From an uncultured virus (IMG/VR IMGVR_UViG_3300023179_007799) (Duplodnaviria > Heunggongvirae > Uroviricota > Caudoviricetes), in the IMG/VR virus record IMGVR_UViG_3300023179_007799: a stretch of DNA of 20,000 nucleotides. One strand, written 5' to 3'. The notes under the pieces are model-generated. The model was given only the letters and a program-made list of their open reading frames with translations, did no database searches and was not told the DNA's origin. Shown one piece after another: positions 1 through 7,417 of the stretch (its first letter is position 1; each line of letters begins with the position of its first letter). The position numbers and the translations under genes are program-made.

Positions 1-42
1 CCAGCCGCTGCAAAATTGGTTGCTGACGCTTACGCAGCATAA
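1..42 (+). CDS. 3' end of an upstream gene (partial; ...PAAAKLVADAYAA*)
   Basis: Frame 1 is open from base 1 to TAA at 40-42 and is followed by a terminator hairpin. Too short to assign a product. Confidence 0.6.
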   Translation, partial: PAAAKLVADAYAA

Positions 43-65
43 TTAGTAGTATAAGTTCTAAAACC

Positions 66-94
66 AAAATGGGGACTTGGGTCCCCATTTTTTA
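66..94 (+). terminator. Intrinsic (Rho-independent) terminator
   Basis: Stem AAAATGGGGAC (66-76) / GTCCCCATTTT (81-91), loop TTGG, T-run to 94, just after a stop codon. Confidence 0.85.
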
Positions 95-107
95 TCATAT
101 TTGACTA

Positions 108-341
108 ATGAAAAAAGATTACACAATTGTTGTGAAATGGGCCAGTGCCTGTACCATATTGATAGCCATGGTATTTCATGTTCTGGGTCTAACTCCCTGG
201 AATAGTATACTGCAATTGCTAGGGGCTACTGGGTGGACCTACGTGGGATATAAGTGGAATGAAAAAGCCATTATGATGAACTTTTTACCACAATTTTTTA
301 TCATAATACCTGGGTTGATTTATTTGTTCTGGTTCAAATGA
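108..341 (+). CDS. Small membrane protein with about 3 TM helices (77 aa; DUF6552-like from memory)
   Basis: Three hydrophobic segments (WASACTILIAMVFHVLGL; SILQLLGATGWTYVG; FLPQFFIIIPGLIYLFWF). ATGA overlap with the next gene. Confidence 0.7.
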   Translation: MKKDYTIVVKWASACTILIAMVFHVLGLTPWNSILQLLGATGWTYVGYKWNEKAIMMNFLPQFFIIIPGLIYLFWFK

Positions 342-877
342 AAATAGTAATAACTCAGCGTGAATTGGAATACAATGAAATAATTTATGATTGCCTTGAG
401 CGTGGATGGTATGAACTTTTCGCACGGCACACCATCACAACAATACCAAATTTGCAATATTGTAGTCAGACAAATTTTGATATGCTGGTGATTTCAGGAG
501 GGAATAATAGCATTGAACGGTTTCGAACAGAATTTGAATATTACAAATTCGCCTGGCAACGGAATTTACCAATAATTGGTATTTGTCACGGCGCCTTCTT
601 TCTGAACGAAATTCATGGAGGCTCCACCGGAACAATCGATGGTCATCAGAATAGTCAACACAAAATTGTCATGGAAGGACAAGAACACCTGGTAAATAGT
701 TATCATAACTCAAGAATTGACAAACTGGGCGGAGACCTAATTCCTATTGCAACAGCAGAATCAGATGTTGAAGGTTTTAAGCATGTGGAGCGGCCAATCT
801 GGGGATTGGTTTGGCACCCAGAACGTATGAAGGAACCAGTTTTACCAAAAATATTAAGGGATTTAATCAATGAGTAA
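338..877 (+). CDS. Class I glutamine amidotransferase / peptidase C26 (gamma-glutamyl hydrolase, PuuD-like)
   Basis: Oxyanion strand LVISGG, nucleophile elbow PIIGICHG, VNSYH, and His-Glu dyad motif WHPE. Confidence 0.9.
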   Translation: MKIVITQRELEYNEIIYDCLERGWYELFARHTITTIPNLQYCSQTNFDMLVISGGNNSIERFRTEFEYYKFAWQRNLPIIGICHGAFFLNEIHGGSTGTIDGHQNSQHKIVMEGQEHLVNSYHNSRIDKLGGDLIPIATAESDVEGFKHVERPIWGLVWHPERMKEPVLPKILRDLINE

Positions 878-1499
878 GAAAATTCTAATTTTAACTGGGC
901 CGCAGGGTGCGGGAAATCATCTCTGGAGTAAAATTTTTAGTCTGCATCCAGAAGTATTTGGATGGAAATCCCTGTTGGAAAATTATTGGGAAGCACATAG
1001 AATTGCCGAGCCATTCGCTGCGCATTGGAGGGACCCGAGTTTACTTCTGGGATTTGACTGGGACCAGAGCGAGTATTACTTTACTAGCATAAGTGTACCA
1101 TTGGGTATAAAAGAAACTCGCTGGGTGCCAAATTTAAAATTGTTTATTGACAATCTTATTAAACTAGGTCTTGATGTAGAACTAGCAGTGTGCGGCCGCG
1201 AAAAAAATATACTGCAGCATCAACAAACCCGATTACGTCAGGAAGTAACAATTCCCTTGTTATTGTCAGCAATTGATGATCTGGACATAGAATTAAAATT
1301 TGTGAGTTACGAATTATTACATCTTTATCAAAAAAGATATTTAAAAACACTAAAATTTAATATTCCCGTGGCCTGGAACGATGCCAGAGTTGAAAACTTC
1401 CTGGAAGAAGACAGCAACATCAAATATATTCATCACGTGGACAACCACTTCCTGGATGAATGCAACCGCACCGGTCGAACACTAAAAACACGGCCATGA
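870..1499 (+). CDS. Sulfotransferase-fold / P-loop protein (paralog 1)
   Basis: N-terminal ILILTGPQGAGNHLWSKIFSLHPEV resembles the sulfotransferase PSB loop pattern (GxxxSG...L..HP.V). Later VSYE motif. Confidence 0.6.
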   Translation: MSKKILILTGPQGAGNHLWSKIFSLHPEVFGWKSLLENYWEAHRIAEPFAAHWRDPSLLLGFDWDQSEYYFTSISVPLGIKETRWVPNLKLFIDNLIKLGLDVELAVCGREKNILQHQQTRLRQEVTIPLLLSAIDDLDIELKFVSYELLHLYQKRYLKTLKFNIPVAWNDARVENFLEEDSNIKYIHHVDNHFLDECNRTGRTLKTRP

Positions 1500-2146
1500 A
1501 AAAACTTTTAATCGTCACAGGACCGCAGGGGTCAGGCAATCACTTCTTTAGTCGTGTATTCAGCACACATCCTGACGTGGGTGGATGGAAAAGTCTATTA
1601 GATGAATACTGGGTTCCCAGTGATCTGGAACCCTTTGCTGAATACTGGGTTTATCCAGAACGACTAACTGTGGGACATTTTGCTGAATACGATTATTGGT
1701 TGGCCAATGTCAGCGTGCCCTTTGTTTATGATGGGATAAGACGAGTTCCCAAAATTTTAGAAGTTGCTGAACGGGCCAGATCATTTGGCATTGCTGTACA
1801 GATTGCCATCATTGTCAGAGATCAAAATATCAATTCTGAGCAACAGCGACGTGTTCGAAAAGAAGTGACTTTGCCTATTGCTCAAGAGTATTATTACCAA
1901 ACCTTGTTGGACAGTGATTTTTCTGTACATTTTTTAGACAACGAAGCATTTTTCTTACACCGTGAGCATTATTTGAAATGGGTCAGTAAGTTATTGGAGT
2001 TTCCCATAGACTGGGGTAATCCTGACATATTTAAATTCATCGATCAGGACCCCAATGCCAAATATGTTAAATATGTTGATGAATACTGGTTAGACCAGCA
2101 AGTCTGGCATGGCATACAACCTAAAAAAGCCAGAGGAATTGAATAA
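1496..2146 (+). CDS. Sulfotransferase-fold / P-loop protein (paralog 2; start corrected to ATG 1496, 216 aa)
   Basis: MKKLLIVTGPQGSGNHFFSRVFSTHPDV aligns with paralog 1 (shared GWKSLL..YW, EPFA..W, SVP, RxxN, EVT.P, D.N.KY). ATG 1496 overlaps the upstream TGA (ATGA). Confidence 0.65.
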   Translation: MKKLLIVTGPQGSGNHFFSRVFSTHPDVGGWKSLLDEYWVPSDLEPFAEYWVYPERLTVGHFAEYDYWLANVSVPFVYDGIRRVPKILEVAERARSFGIAVQIAIIVRDQNINSEQQRRVRKEVTLPIAQEYYYQTLLDSDFSVHFLDNEAFFLHREHYLKWVSKLLEFPIDWGNPDIFKFIDQDPNAKYVKYVDEYWLDQQVWHGIQPKKARGIE

Positions 2147-2149
2147 ATA
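2142..2149 (+). promoter_or_regulatory. Putative T4-type late promoter (AATAAATA)
   Basis: One mismatch to TATAAATA, about 20 nt before ATG 2169, overlapping the upstream TAA. Confidence 0.55.
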
Positions 2150-2168
2150 ATAAAAAGAGTACCCGAAC

Positions 2169-2702
2169 ATGGCAAAATCCATTTCAGATGTTATAGACAA
2201 TACTAAAGAAATCTTCATGACAGATTCGTCATTGAAGACCCTCATGGACTTTGAGCGAGTTCTAGACGAATTAGATCTTTACGTATTTGATAACTGGAAA
2301 GACGGGGAATTGGTGGAAGGCCCTGTTTACGAAAAGTATTTTGTAACATGTACATTCATGTGGCCCCATCGTATGATGCCTGATCCTGCTGGAGGAGAAA
2401 GACTCCTGAGTTATGATTGTGAAGTCTACTACAAAAAAGAACAATTAGAATACCCAATTAAAATCAAAGATCCCGACGATTTTGAGCCCGGCACCAAGAT
2501 GCCCAAAATGGCCAAAAAACCCGTATGGCTAGTGACCATAGTCATGCCCAAAAAACTCATGCAGGAAATACAACAGGGCAGTCTAGAACTGGAAAACGAA
2601 ACCATTGATCTAGAAGACATTGATCAGGCCTACGAAGAGGGTGAAGATCAGAATGCGGTGTATGATCAAGAACAAGGACAGCAAAATGCCCCAGGACTTT
2701 AA
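2169..2702 (+). CDS. Conserved-looking large-phage hypothetical protein (177 aa, acidic)
   Basis: Clean ORF behind a late-promoter motif. Motifs LMDFERVLDELDLYVF.NW..GEL..GP and MPDP.GG.RL recalled from large-phage hypotheticals; function unknown. Confidence 0.75.
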   Translation: MAKSISDVIDNTKEIFMTDSSLKTLMDFERVLDELDLYVFDNWKDGELVEGPVYEKYFVTCTFMWPHRMMPDPAGGERLLSYDCEVYYKKEQLEYPIKIKDPDDFEPGTKMPKMAKKPVWLVTIVMPKKLMQEIQQGSLELENETIDLEDIDQAYEEGEDQNAVYDQEQGQQNAPGL

Positions 2703-3249
2703 CATGCTGTTGGAAAATTTAGAAAAGGGTGATCTAAAAAGACTAGTGCATCCAGAACTGCACATTGACGAATACAAAAGTAAAATGGGAGATGATGCTG
2801 ATATCTGTGTGATTAGTTTCAAAGTATCCGGCAAAGAACCATCAATTGACCTGGTGAGTTTCATTGAAAAGGGTTATGATTTTGTGCTGGATGCCGACGT
2901 CAGCAGTGGTGAGAAAGAGGGTGGCGATTATCTGGTGTTTATAGAAATAGAAAGAACCCCAGAATTGCCTGATCAAATCATCAAGATGATATCGGATGTC
3001 ATGAGACTCACTGAGCAAGATTTTGCTGACTGGAGAGTCAGATATCACAAGTCTGCTCAGGACCATGAACTATCGGCAGATTCTTTAAGATCCATGATCG
3101 TACTGACGCCGGAAAAGTACCGAGCCAGATATGACAAAGAAAAAAATGATCTGGACAGTTTAAAAGCTGCTGCTGGGGTAAAAATTGATACCCGAGCACC
3201 AGTCAATGATTTCACAGAGAGCATACGCATCGCTGCTGGAATCAAATAG
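2686..3249 (+). CDS. Hypothetical phage protein (start probably ATG 2686 or 2704, not TTG 2620)
   Basis: AAGGA SD-like site just upstream of ATG 2686. Globular-looking sequence (IDEYKSKMGDDADI, DLVSFIEKGYDFVLDADVS). Confidence 0.75.
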   Translation: MPQDFNMLLENLEKGDLKRLVHPELHIDEYKSKMGDDADICVISFKVSGKEPSIDLVSFIEKGYDFVLDADVSSGEKEGGDYLVFIEIERTPELPDQIIKMISDVMRLTEQDFADWRVRYHKSAQDHELSADSLRSMIVLTPEKYRARYDKEKNDLDSLKAAAGVKIDTRAPVNDFTESIRIAAGIK

Positions 3250-3254
3250 TATTA

Positions 3255-3262
3255 TATAAATA
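3255..3262 (+). promoter_or_regulatory. T4-type late promoter TATAAATA
   Basis: Exact T4 gp55 late consensus, intergenic, about 21 nt before the endolysin start. GGGAG SD at 3274-3278. Confidence 0.75.
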
Positions 3263-3282
3263 CTCGACAAGACGGGAGTTCA

Positions 3283-4173
3283 ATGATGCAGGTTGATATA
3301 CGAGTACTTCAACAATTATTTCCTCAGAACAAACATCCAGATCATCTGGCCGAAATATTAAACGAAATGTTTCCCAAGTATCAGATCACCACAGTAAATC
3401 GTGCAGCTGGATTTCTTGCGCAATGCGGTCATGAATCCAATGGGTTCACCATACTGAAAGAAAATCTCAACTATGGCGCCAAGGGGTTGGTGGGATTATT
3501 TAAAAAGTATTTTCCAGATGAAGCAACTGCTAAGGCCTACGAGCGTCAGCCAGAAAAAATTGCCAACAGAATCTATGCCAACCGTATGGGCAACGGCCCT
3601 GAATCCAGTGGAGACGGTTATCGCTATCGGGGTCGTGGAGCAATCCAATTAACCGGCAAGGACAATTATTCCAGATTCGCTGCAAGCATTGGCATGAGTC
3701 TGGAAGAGGTTATTGCGGATTTGGAAACTCTGGATGGAGCCATTGAATCGGCCTGTTGGTTCTGGGCCACCAACGGATTGAATAACATCTGTGATGCTGA
3801 TGATATTGTCAAAATGACCAAAAAAATCAATGGTGGAACCATTGGACTGCAGGACAGACAACATCATTATGAAGTAGCCAAGCAGTTGTTGTCTGCCATG
3901 GCTGATGTAGACAACAGTGACTCAGACCAGTCAGATGATTCAGACTCATACACTGAGGATTTTGATAATAGCCCTGCCGCACCACAATATACCACTGTGC
4001 GACTGGGCTCACGTGGGGACACCGTGGCATTGCTACAACAGGCACTGGGGTTGTCGGCTGATGGTGTGTTTGGTCCCGGCACTGATCGTGCGTTAAGACA
4101 ATGGCAAGCAGCCAATGGTTTGTCACCAGATGGCATTGCTGGACCAAATACTTTAAAAAGGTTGCTGGGCTAA
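3283..4173 (+). CDS. Endolysin: GH19 (chitinase-like) catalytic domain + acidic linker + C-terminal peptidoglycan-binding domain
   Basis: GH19 motifs FLAQCGHES, ENLNY, YRGRGAIQLTGKDNY, KKINGG..GL.DR. PG_binding_1 motifs LGSRGDTVALLQ, DGVFGPGT, WQ..NGL.PDGIAGPNT. Confidence 0.92.
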   Translation: MMQVDIRVLQQLFPQNKHPDHLAEILNEMFPKYQITTVNRAAGFLAQCGHESNGFTILKENLNYGAKGLVGLFKKYFPDEATAKAYERQPEKIANRIYANRMGNGPESSGDGYRYRGRGAIQLTGKDNYSRFAASIGMSLEEVIADLETLDGAIESACWFWATNGLNNICDADDIVKMTKKINGGTIGLQDRQHHYEVAKQLLSAMADVDNSDSDQSDDSDSYTEDFDNSPAAPQYTTVRLGSRGDTVALLQQALGLSADGVFGPGTDRALRQWQAANGLSPDGIAGPNTLKRLLG

Positions 4174-4174
4174 C

Positions 4175-4639
4175 ATGTGGATACTACACTTCATTCCAGA
4201 TAGCATTTTATTGATGGCAATCTATGGTCTGTTGGTGGTGGGTGGTGCTGCCGTCATAGCTGGATTATTCCTGGATTTCATTCCCATGATTTATCTGTGG
4301 AAAGGACCACTGCTGATTGTGGGGATCCTGTCACTGGGCGCAGGGGCATACTTTTATGGTGGCTACGGGGTAGAACAAGCGTGGAGAGCCAGAACCGCTG
4401 AGCTGGAAAAAAAGGCAGCCGATGCTGAAAAGAAAAGTCAGGTTGTCCGCAAACAAATACAGACAAAAATAGTCACCAAGGTCAAGATAGTCAAAGAGCA
4501 GGTGGCCGCCAATCAGGAAAAAATAGTCGAACATCAGGTAGAAATAAATGCCGGCTGTCGATTGAGTGATGCAGCAGTAAATGCCTACAATGAGTTGACC
4601 AAAAACAAGATAGTCGAGGAGGTTCATATACATGAATAA
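4175..4639 (+). CDS. Probable inner-membrane spanin (Rz-like)
   Basis: N-terminal TM segments followed by a charged helical region (AWRARTAELEKKAADAEKK) and a late Cys. Directly after the endolysin; overlaps a lipoprotein gene by 8 nt. Confidence 0.7.
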   Translation: MWILHFIPDSILLMAIYGLLVVGGAAVIAGLFLDFIPMIYLWKGPLLIVGILSLGAGAYFYGGYGVEQAWRARTAELEKKAADAEKKSQVVRKQIQTKIVTKVKIVKEQVAANQEKIVEHQVEINAGCRLSDAAVNAYNELTKNKIVEEVHIHE

Positions 4640-4895
4640 ATTTATTCTTCCAATCTTGTTATTGGTATCAGCCTGCACCACAGTACCAGTGACACAAAAA
4701 TTCCCAGCAGCACCAGAAAGCCTGCTGGAACCAGCTCAGAATCTTGAGCCCCTGAACCCAAACAAGCGTGAACTCAGTGACCTATTGGAAAACGTTGCTG
4801 AAAACTACGGACGTTATCATATTCTGGAACTTAAATATCAGTCCTGGCAGGAATGGTATAATCAACAGAAAAAAATATTCGAGGAGGTAAAATAA
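4632..4895 (+). CDS. Probable outer-membrane spanin lipoprotein (Rz1-like)
   Basis: Lipoprotein signal MNKFILPILLLVSA-C, Pro-rich mature N-terminus (PVTQKFPAAPESLLEP), C-terminal helix with WQEW. Confidence 0.75.
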   Translation: MNKFILPILLLVSACTTVPVTQKFPAAPESLLEPAQNLEPLNPNKRELSDLLENVAENYGRYHILELKYQSWQEWYNQQKKIFEEVK

Positions 4896-5011
4896 TGTTG
4901 GACACTCTATTTTTTATATTGGTGGGGGCTATGATTGGTTGGCATTTTCCACAACCCACCTGGGCTAAATTGCTGGCAGAAAGAATTATAAGCCTGATCA
5001 ACAAAAAATGA
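4895..5011 (+). CDS. 38-aa single-TM membrane peptide, absent from the ORF track (MLDTLFFILVGAMIGWHFPQPTWAKLLAERIISLINKK)
   Basis: Strong SD GAGGAGGT at 4881-4888. TAATG coupling upstream and ATGA coupling downstream; it fills the intergenic gap exactly. Confidence 0.85.
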   Translation: MLDTLFFILVGAMIGWHFPQPTWAKLLAERIISLINKK

Positions 5012-5409
5012 AAAAAGTCTTAGTGTTGGGTATGGCATTTGCACTCAGTGGCTGTGCAATTTATGACGCCATCACCATGGCAAAATTTGACAACCATGAA
5101 TATGCACTGGTCAACGACATACGATCATCAGTTGTTGTTGCCCGACCTCGGTGTGGCACATCTGAAGAAAAGCCTCTGGTACAACAGTTATATGTTCAGT
5201 CACTGACTTTAAAGAACTATTCGCAATATATACCAAAAAATAATCCCACAATAAAAATGACATCGGAATTACACGAGATCATTCAGGGATTACATGACAA
5301 GTATCAGGGACAGGAACCAGTCAGTGCTGCATATTGCAACTTAAAACTTAATTTAATTGAGAAAAATGCAGAAGTCATGCAGCGATCAATCGGAGGAAAA
5401 CCCAGATGA
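5008..5409 (+). CDS. Lipoprotein of unknown function (133 aa)
   Basis: Signal MKKVLVLGMAFA-LSG-C (canonical lipobox). Two further Cys residues; helical. Confidence 0.8.
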   Translation: MKKVLVLGMAFALSGCAIYDAITMAKFDNHEYALVNDIRSSVVVARPRCGTSEEKPLVQQLYVQSLTLKNYSQYIPKNNPTIKMTSELHEIIQGLHDKYQGQEPVSAAYCNLKLNLIEKNAEVMQRSIGGKPR

Positions 5410-5654
5410 ATTTAGATCAACTACTCAGAGAATTAAACGACCACCCAGATGATGCTGTGGCCAATTGGGCTGCAGACGCTCACGAGTTGCAAACTCAATT
5501 AAAGTCCAATGCTATTTCTCTGGCCGAGTATAAAGAACTCTTGCAGGACCTACTTCGTGGTCAGGAGATCATCAAGTCTGCAAATGATCTCGACACCCAA
5601 TCCGCAATTAATCAGGCCACACACGGACTGTTGGCATTGGCCAGTCTGGCATAA
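5406..5654 (+). CDS. Hypothetical helical protein (82 aa)
   Basis: GGAGG SD and ATGA overlap with the lipoprotein gene. Confidence 0.75.
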   Translation: MNLDQLLRELNDHPDDAVANWAADAHELQTQLKSNAISLAEYKELLQDLLRGQEIIKSANDLDTQSAINQATHGLLALASLA

Positions 5655-5677
5655 TTTATAAAAACAAGGAGCGAACA

Positions 5678-6271
5678 ATGGCATTCACAGACTCAATTTT
5701 AACAATTTTTAACAAAGCACCAAAAGATCCAGATGCACCCAAGCCCCCAGCAGGATCACGCAGCGAGAGAGAAGCAAAAATCAAAGACAAGGCCGGGTTG
5801 GTCATCAACGTTTTTGCTGCACTGCTGGCATTTAATACCTGGTTTGGAAGCACACTCAGCAGTACTGTTATGAACAATACCATCAAGGCCAACGACATCT
5901 GGAATTTTTATCAGGCCAAAAGTATCAAACAAACACTGGCCGAATATGCACTGGAAGATGCCAAACGAGCAGGCGATGTTAAATTGGTACAAAAGCTGCA
6001 GGCCAAAATAGATCGTTACGAAAGTGATCCTGAAAAAGGTGAAGGCAAACAAGAGCTATTTGCCAAGGCCAAGGCTCTGGAAGCCGAGCGCGATCATGCC
6101 AAAAAGCGCAGCCCCTGGATTGGTTATGCCAGCACAGCCTATCAACTGAGCATTGTTTTGCTGTCAGCAAGTATACTTGCTGTAAACATGTTGATGTTCT
6201 GGTCTAGCTTTGTAGTAGCAGGAGTTGGAATACTACTCATGAGTCAGGGACTTTGGCTGTGGTTGCTGTAA
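5678..6271 (+). CDS. DUF4337-like membrane protein (197 aa)
   Basis: One TM, then NDIWNFYQAKSIKQ (DUF4337-type motif, from memory), a coiled region and two C-terminal TMs. SD AAGGAG. Confidence 0.75.
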   Translation: MAFTDSILTIFNKAPKDPDAPKPPAGSRSEREAKIKDKAGLVINVFAALLAFNTWFGSTLSSTVMNNTIKANDIWNFYQAKSIKQTLAEYALEDAKRAGDVKLVQKLQAKIDRYESDPEKGEGKQELFAKAKALEAERDHAKKRSPWIGYASTAYQLSIVLLSASILAVNMLMFWSSFVVAGVGILLMSQGLWLWLL

Positions 6272-6290
6272 ACACCACTATTTGAAATCC

Positions 6291-6319
6291 AAGCCGGCAT
6301 TTTAAATGCCGGCTTTTTT
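6291..6319 (+). terminator. Intrinsic terminator
   Basis: AAGCCGGCATTT-T-AAATGCCGGCTT palindrome followed by a T-run, 20 nt after the stop at 6271. Confidence 0.88.
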
Positions 6320-6347
6320 ATGAGCAGTTTTTATTTTCTACGATAGT

Positions 6348-6355
6348 TTTAAATA
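6348..6355 (+). promoter_or_regulatory. Putative late promoter (TTTAAATA)
   Basis: TAAATA core between the terminator and ATG 6392. Confidence 0.45.
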
Positions 6356-6391
6356 CTTGAGTATTATCATCAACTATCGTTGGGGAATAAC

Positions 6392-7417
6392 ATGAAAATA
6401 ATAAAAAATATACTCGCCATATCGTTAGCATTTGCTGCCAGCACCACTTGGGCCGATCCTGTACTGATCAATCAAACGGGATATGACAGCAAATCGTTAG
6501 TTGACACCAACAGCACCTCCAACAGTGTGAGCACAGTCAATACCACCAACAACAGTACCAGTAACAGCAACAATACTAGTACCAGTACAGTGACCAGCAC
6601 CAACACCAATAACAACAACAACGTCAGCACCAGTGTAAACACCAACAACAACATCAACAGTGGCACACAGACGTTCAACAACGTCAACACTGGTGACATG
6701 ACTTACAGAAACATCAACTCCAATACCAGTACCAACACCAACACCAACTACAATGTAAACAGTGGCACACAGACATTCAATAATAACAATAACACTGTCA
6801 GCACCAACACCAATAACAACAACAACGTCAGCACCAGTACCAGCACCAACAACAACGTCAATACTGGCGACATGACCAACCGCAACATCAACACCAGTAC
6901 AAGTTCCAGCACCAGTGCCAACAACAACGTCAATCAAAACATCAACACGGGCGATATGACCAATCGTAATATCAACTCTAGTGAAATTACTCAACGTGTT
7001 GTTCAACCTCCCCCCACTGCGGTGGCACCTGCCATGATGAGTGGCGGCAACAATGATTTATGTACCACTGGCACCAGTGGAGCAGTGCAGACGCAAATTT
7101 TAGGTGTCAGTACTGGTGGCACTGTTCGAGACATGAATTGCGAAAGACTCAAGCTCAGTAAGACCCTGTTTGACATGGGCATGAAGGTTGCTGCTGTGGC
7201 CACCATGTGTCAGGACCGCCGTGTGTTTGATGCCATGATGCAGGCTGGCACACCTTGTCCGTACGAAGGTAAGATTGGCGATGCTGCTCGCGATTTGTGG
7301 GCTGAAAATCCAGAAAAACTACCAAAACTCGAGGAAGCCAAGAAAGATGACACCTATAAAAAGATGGGTTTCGGTGCTCTGTTGGGTGCTGCTATCTACA
7401 AACTATTCGGCTTCTAA
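6392..7417 (+). CDS. Secreted protein with an Asn/Thr-rich repeat region, a Cys-containing C-terminal domain and a hydrophobic tail (start corrected to ATG 6392, 341 aa)
   Basis: Signal peptide MKIIKNILAISLAFAASTTWA-D; N/T repeats; PPPTAVAP...LC...NCERLKLSKTL..MGMKVAAVATMCQD...GTPCP; tail MGFGALLGAAIYKLFGF. GGGGA SD before 6392. Confidence 0.85.
   Translation: MKIIKNILAISLAFAASTTWADPVLINQTGYDSKSLVDTNSTSNSVSTVNTTNNSTSNSNNTSTSTVTSTNTNNNNNVSTSVNTNNNINSGTQTFNNVNTGDMTYRNINSNTSTNTNTNYNVNSGTQTFNNNNNTVSTNTNNNNNVSTSTSTNNNVNTGDMTNRNINTSTSSSTSANNNVNQNINTGDMTNRNINSSEITQRVVQPPPTAVAPAMMSGGNNDLCTTGTSGAVQTQILGVSTGGTVRDMNCERLKLSKTLFDMGMKVAAVATMCQDRRVFDAMMQAGTPCPYEGKIGDAARDLWAENPEKLPKLEEAKKDDTYKKMGFGALLGAAIYKLFGF
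6505..6985 (+). repeat. Asn/Thr-rich coding repeat region (AAC/ACC-rich)
   Basis: N(V/I)NTGDMT(Y/N)RNIN x3, N(I/V)NSGTQTFNN x2, STNTNNNNNVSTS x2. Confidence 0.85.

Noticed and set aside
1..42. The upstream partial gene end (LVADAY) recalls C-termini of ferritin-like phage proteins
   Set aside because: Only 13 codons are visible, which is insufficient for assignment.
3247..3285. The TAG stop at 3247-3249 is in frame with the endolysin ATG with no other stop between, suggesting read-through or TAG recoding
   Set aside because: The 33-nt gap holds an exact late promoter and an SD. Long genes in the window are not interrupted by TAG, so standard code 11 fits.
6472..7206. Minus-strand Leu/Val-rich ORFs that look like membrane proteins
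   Set aside because: They are antisense shadows of the AAC/ACC repeats in the + strand gene.
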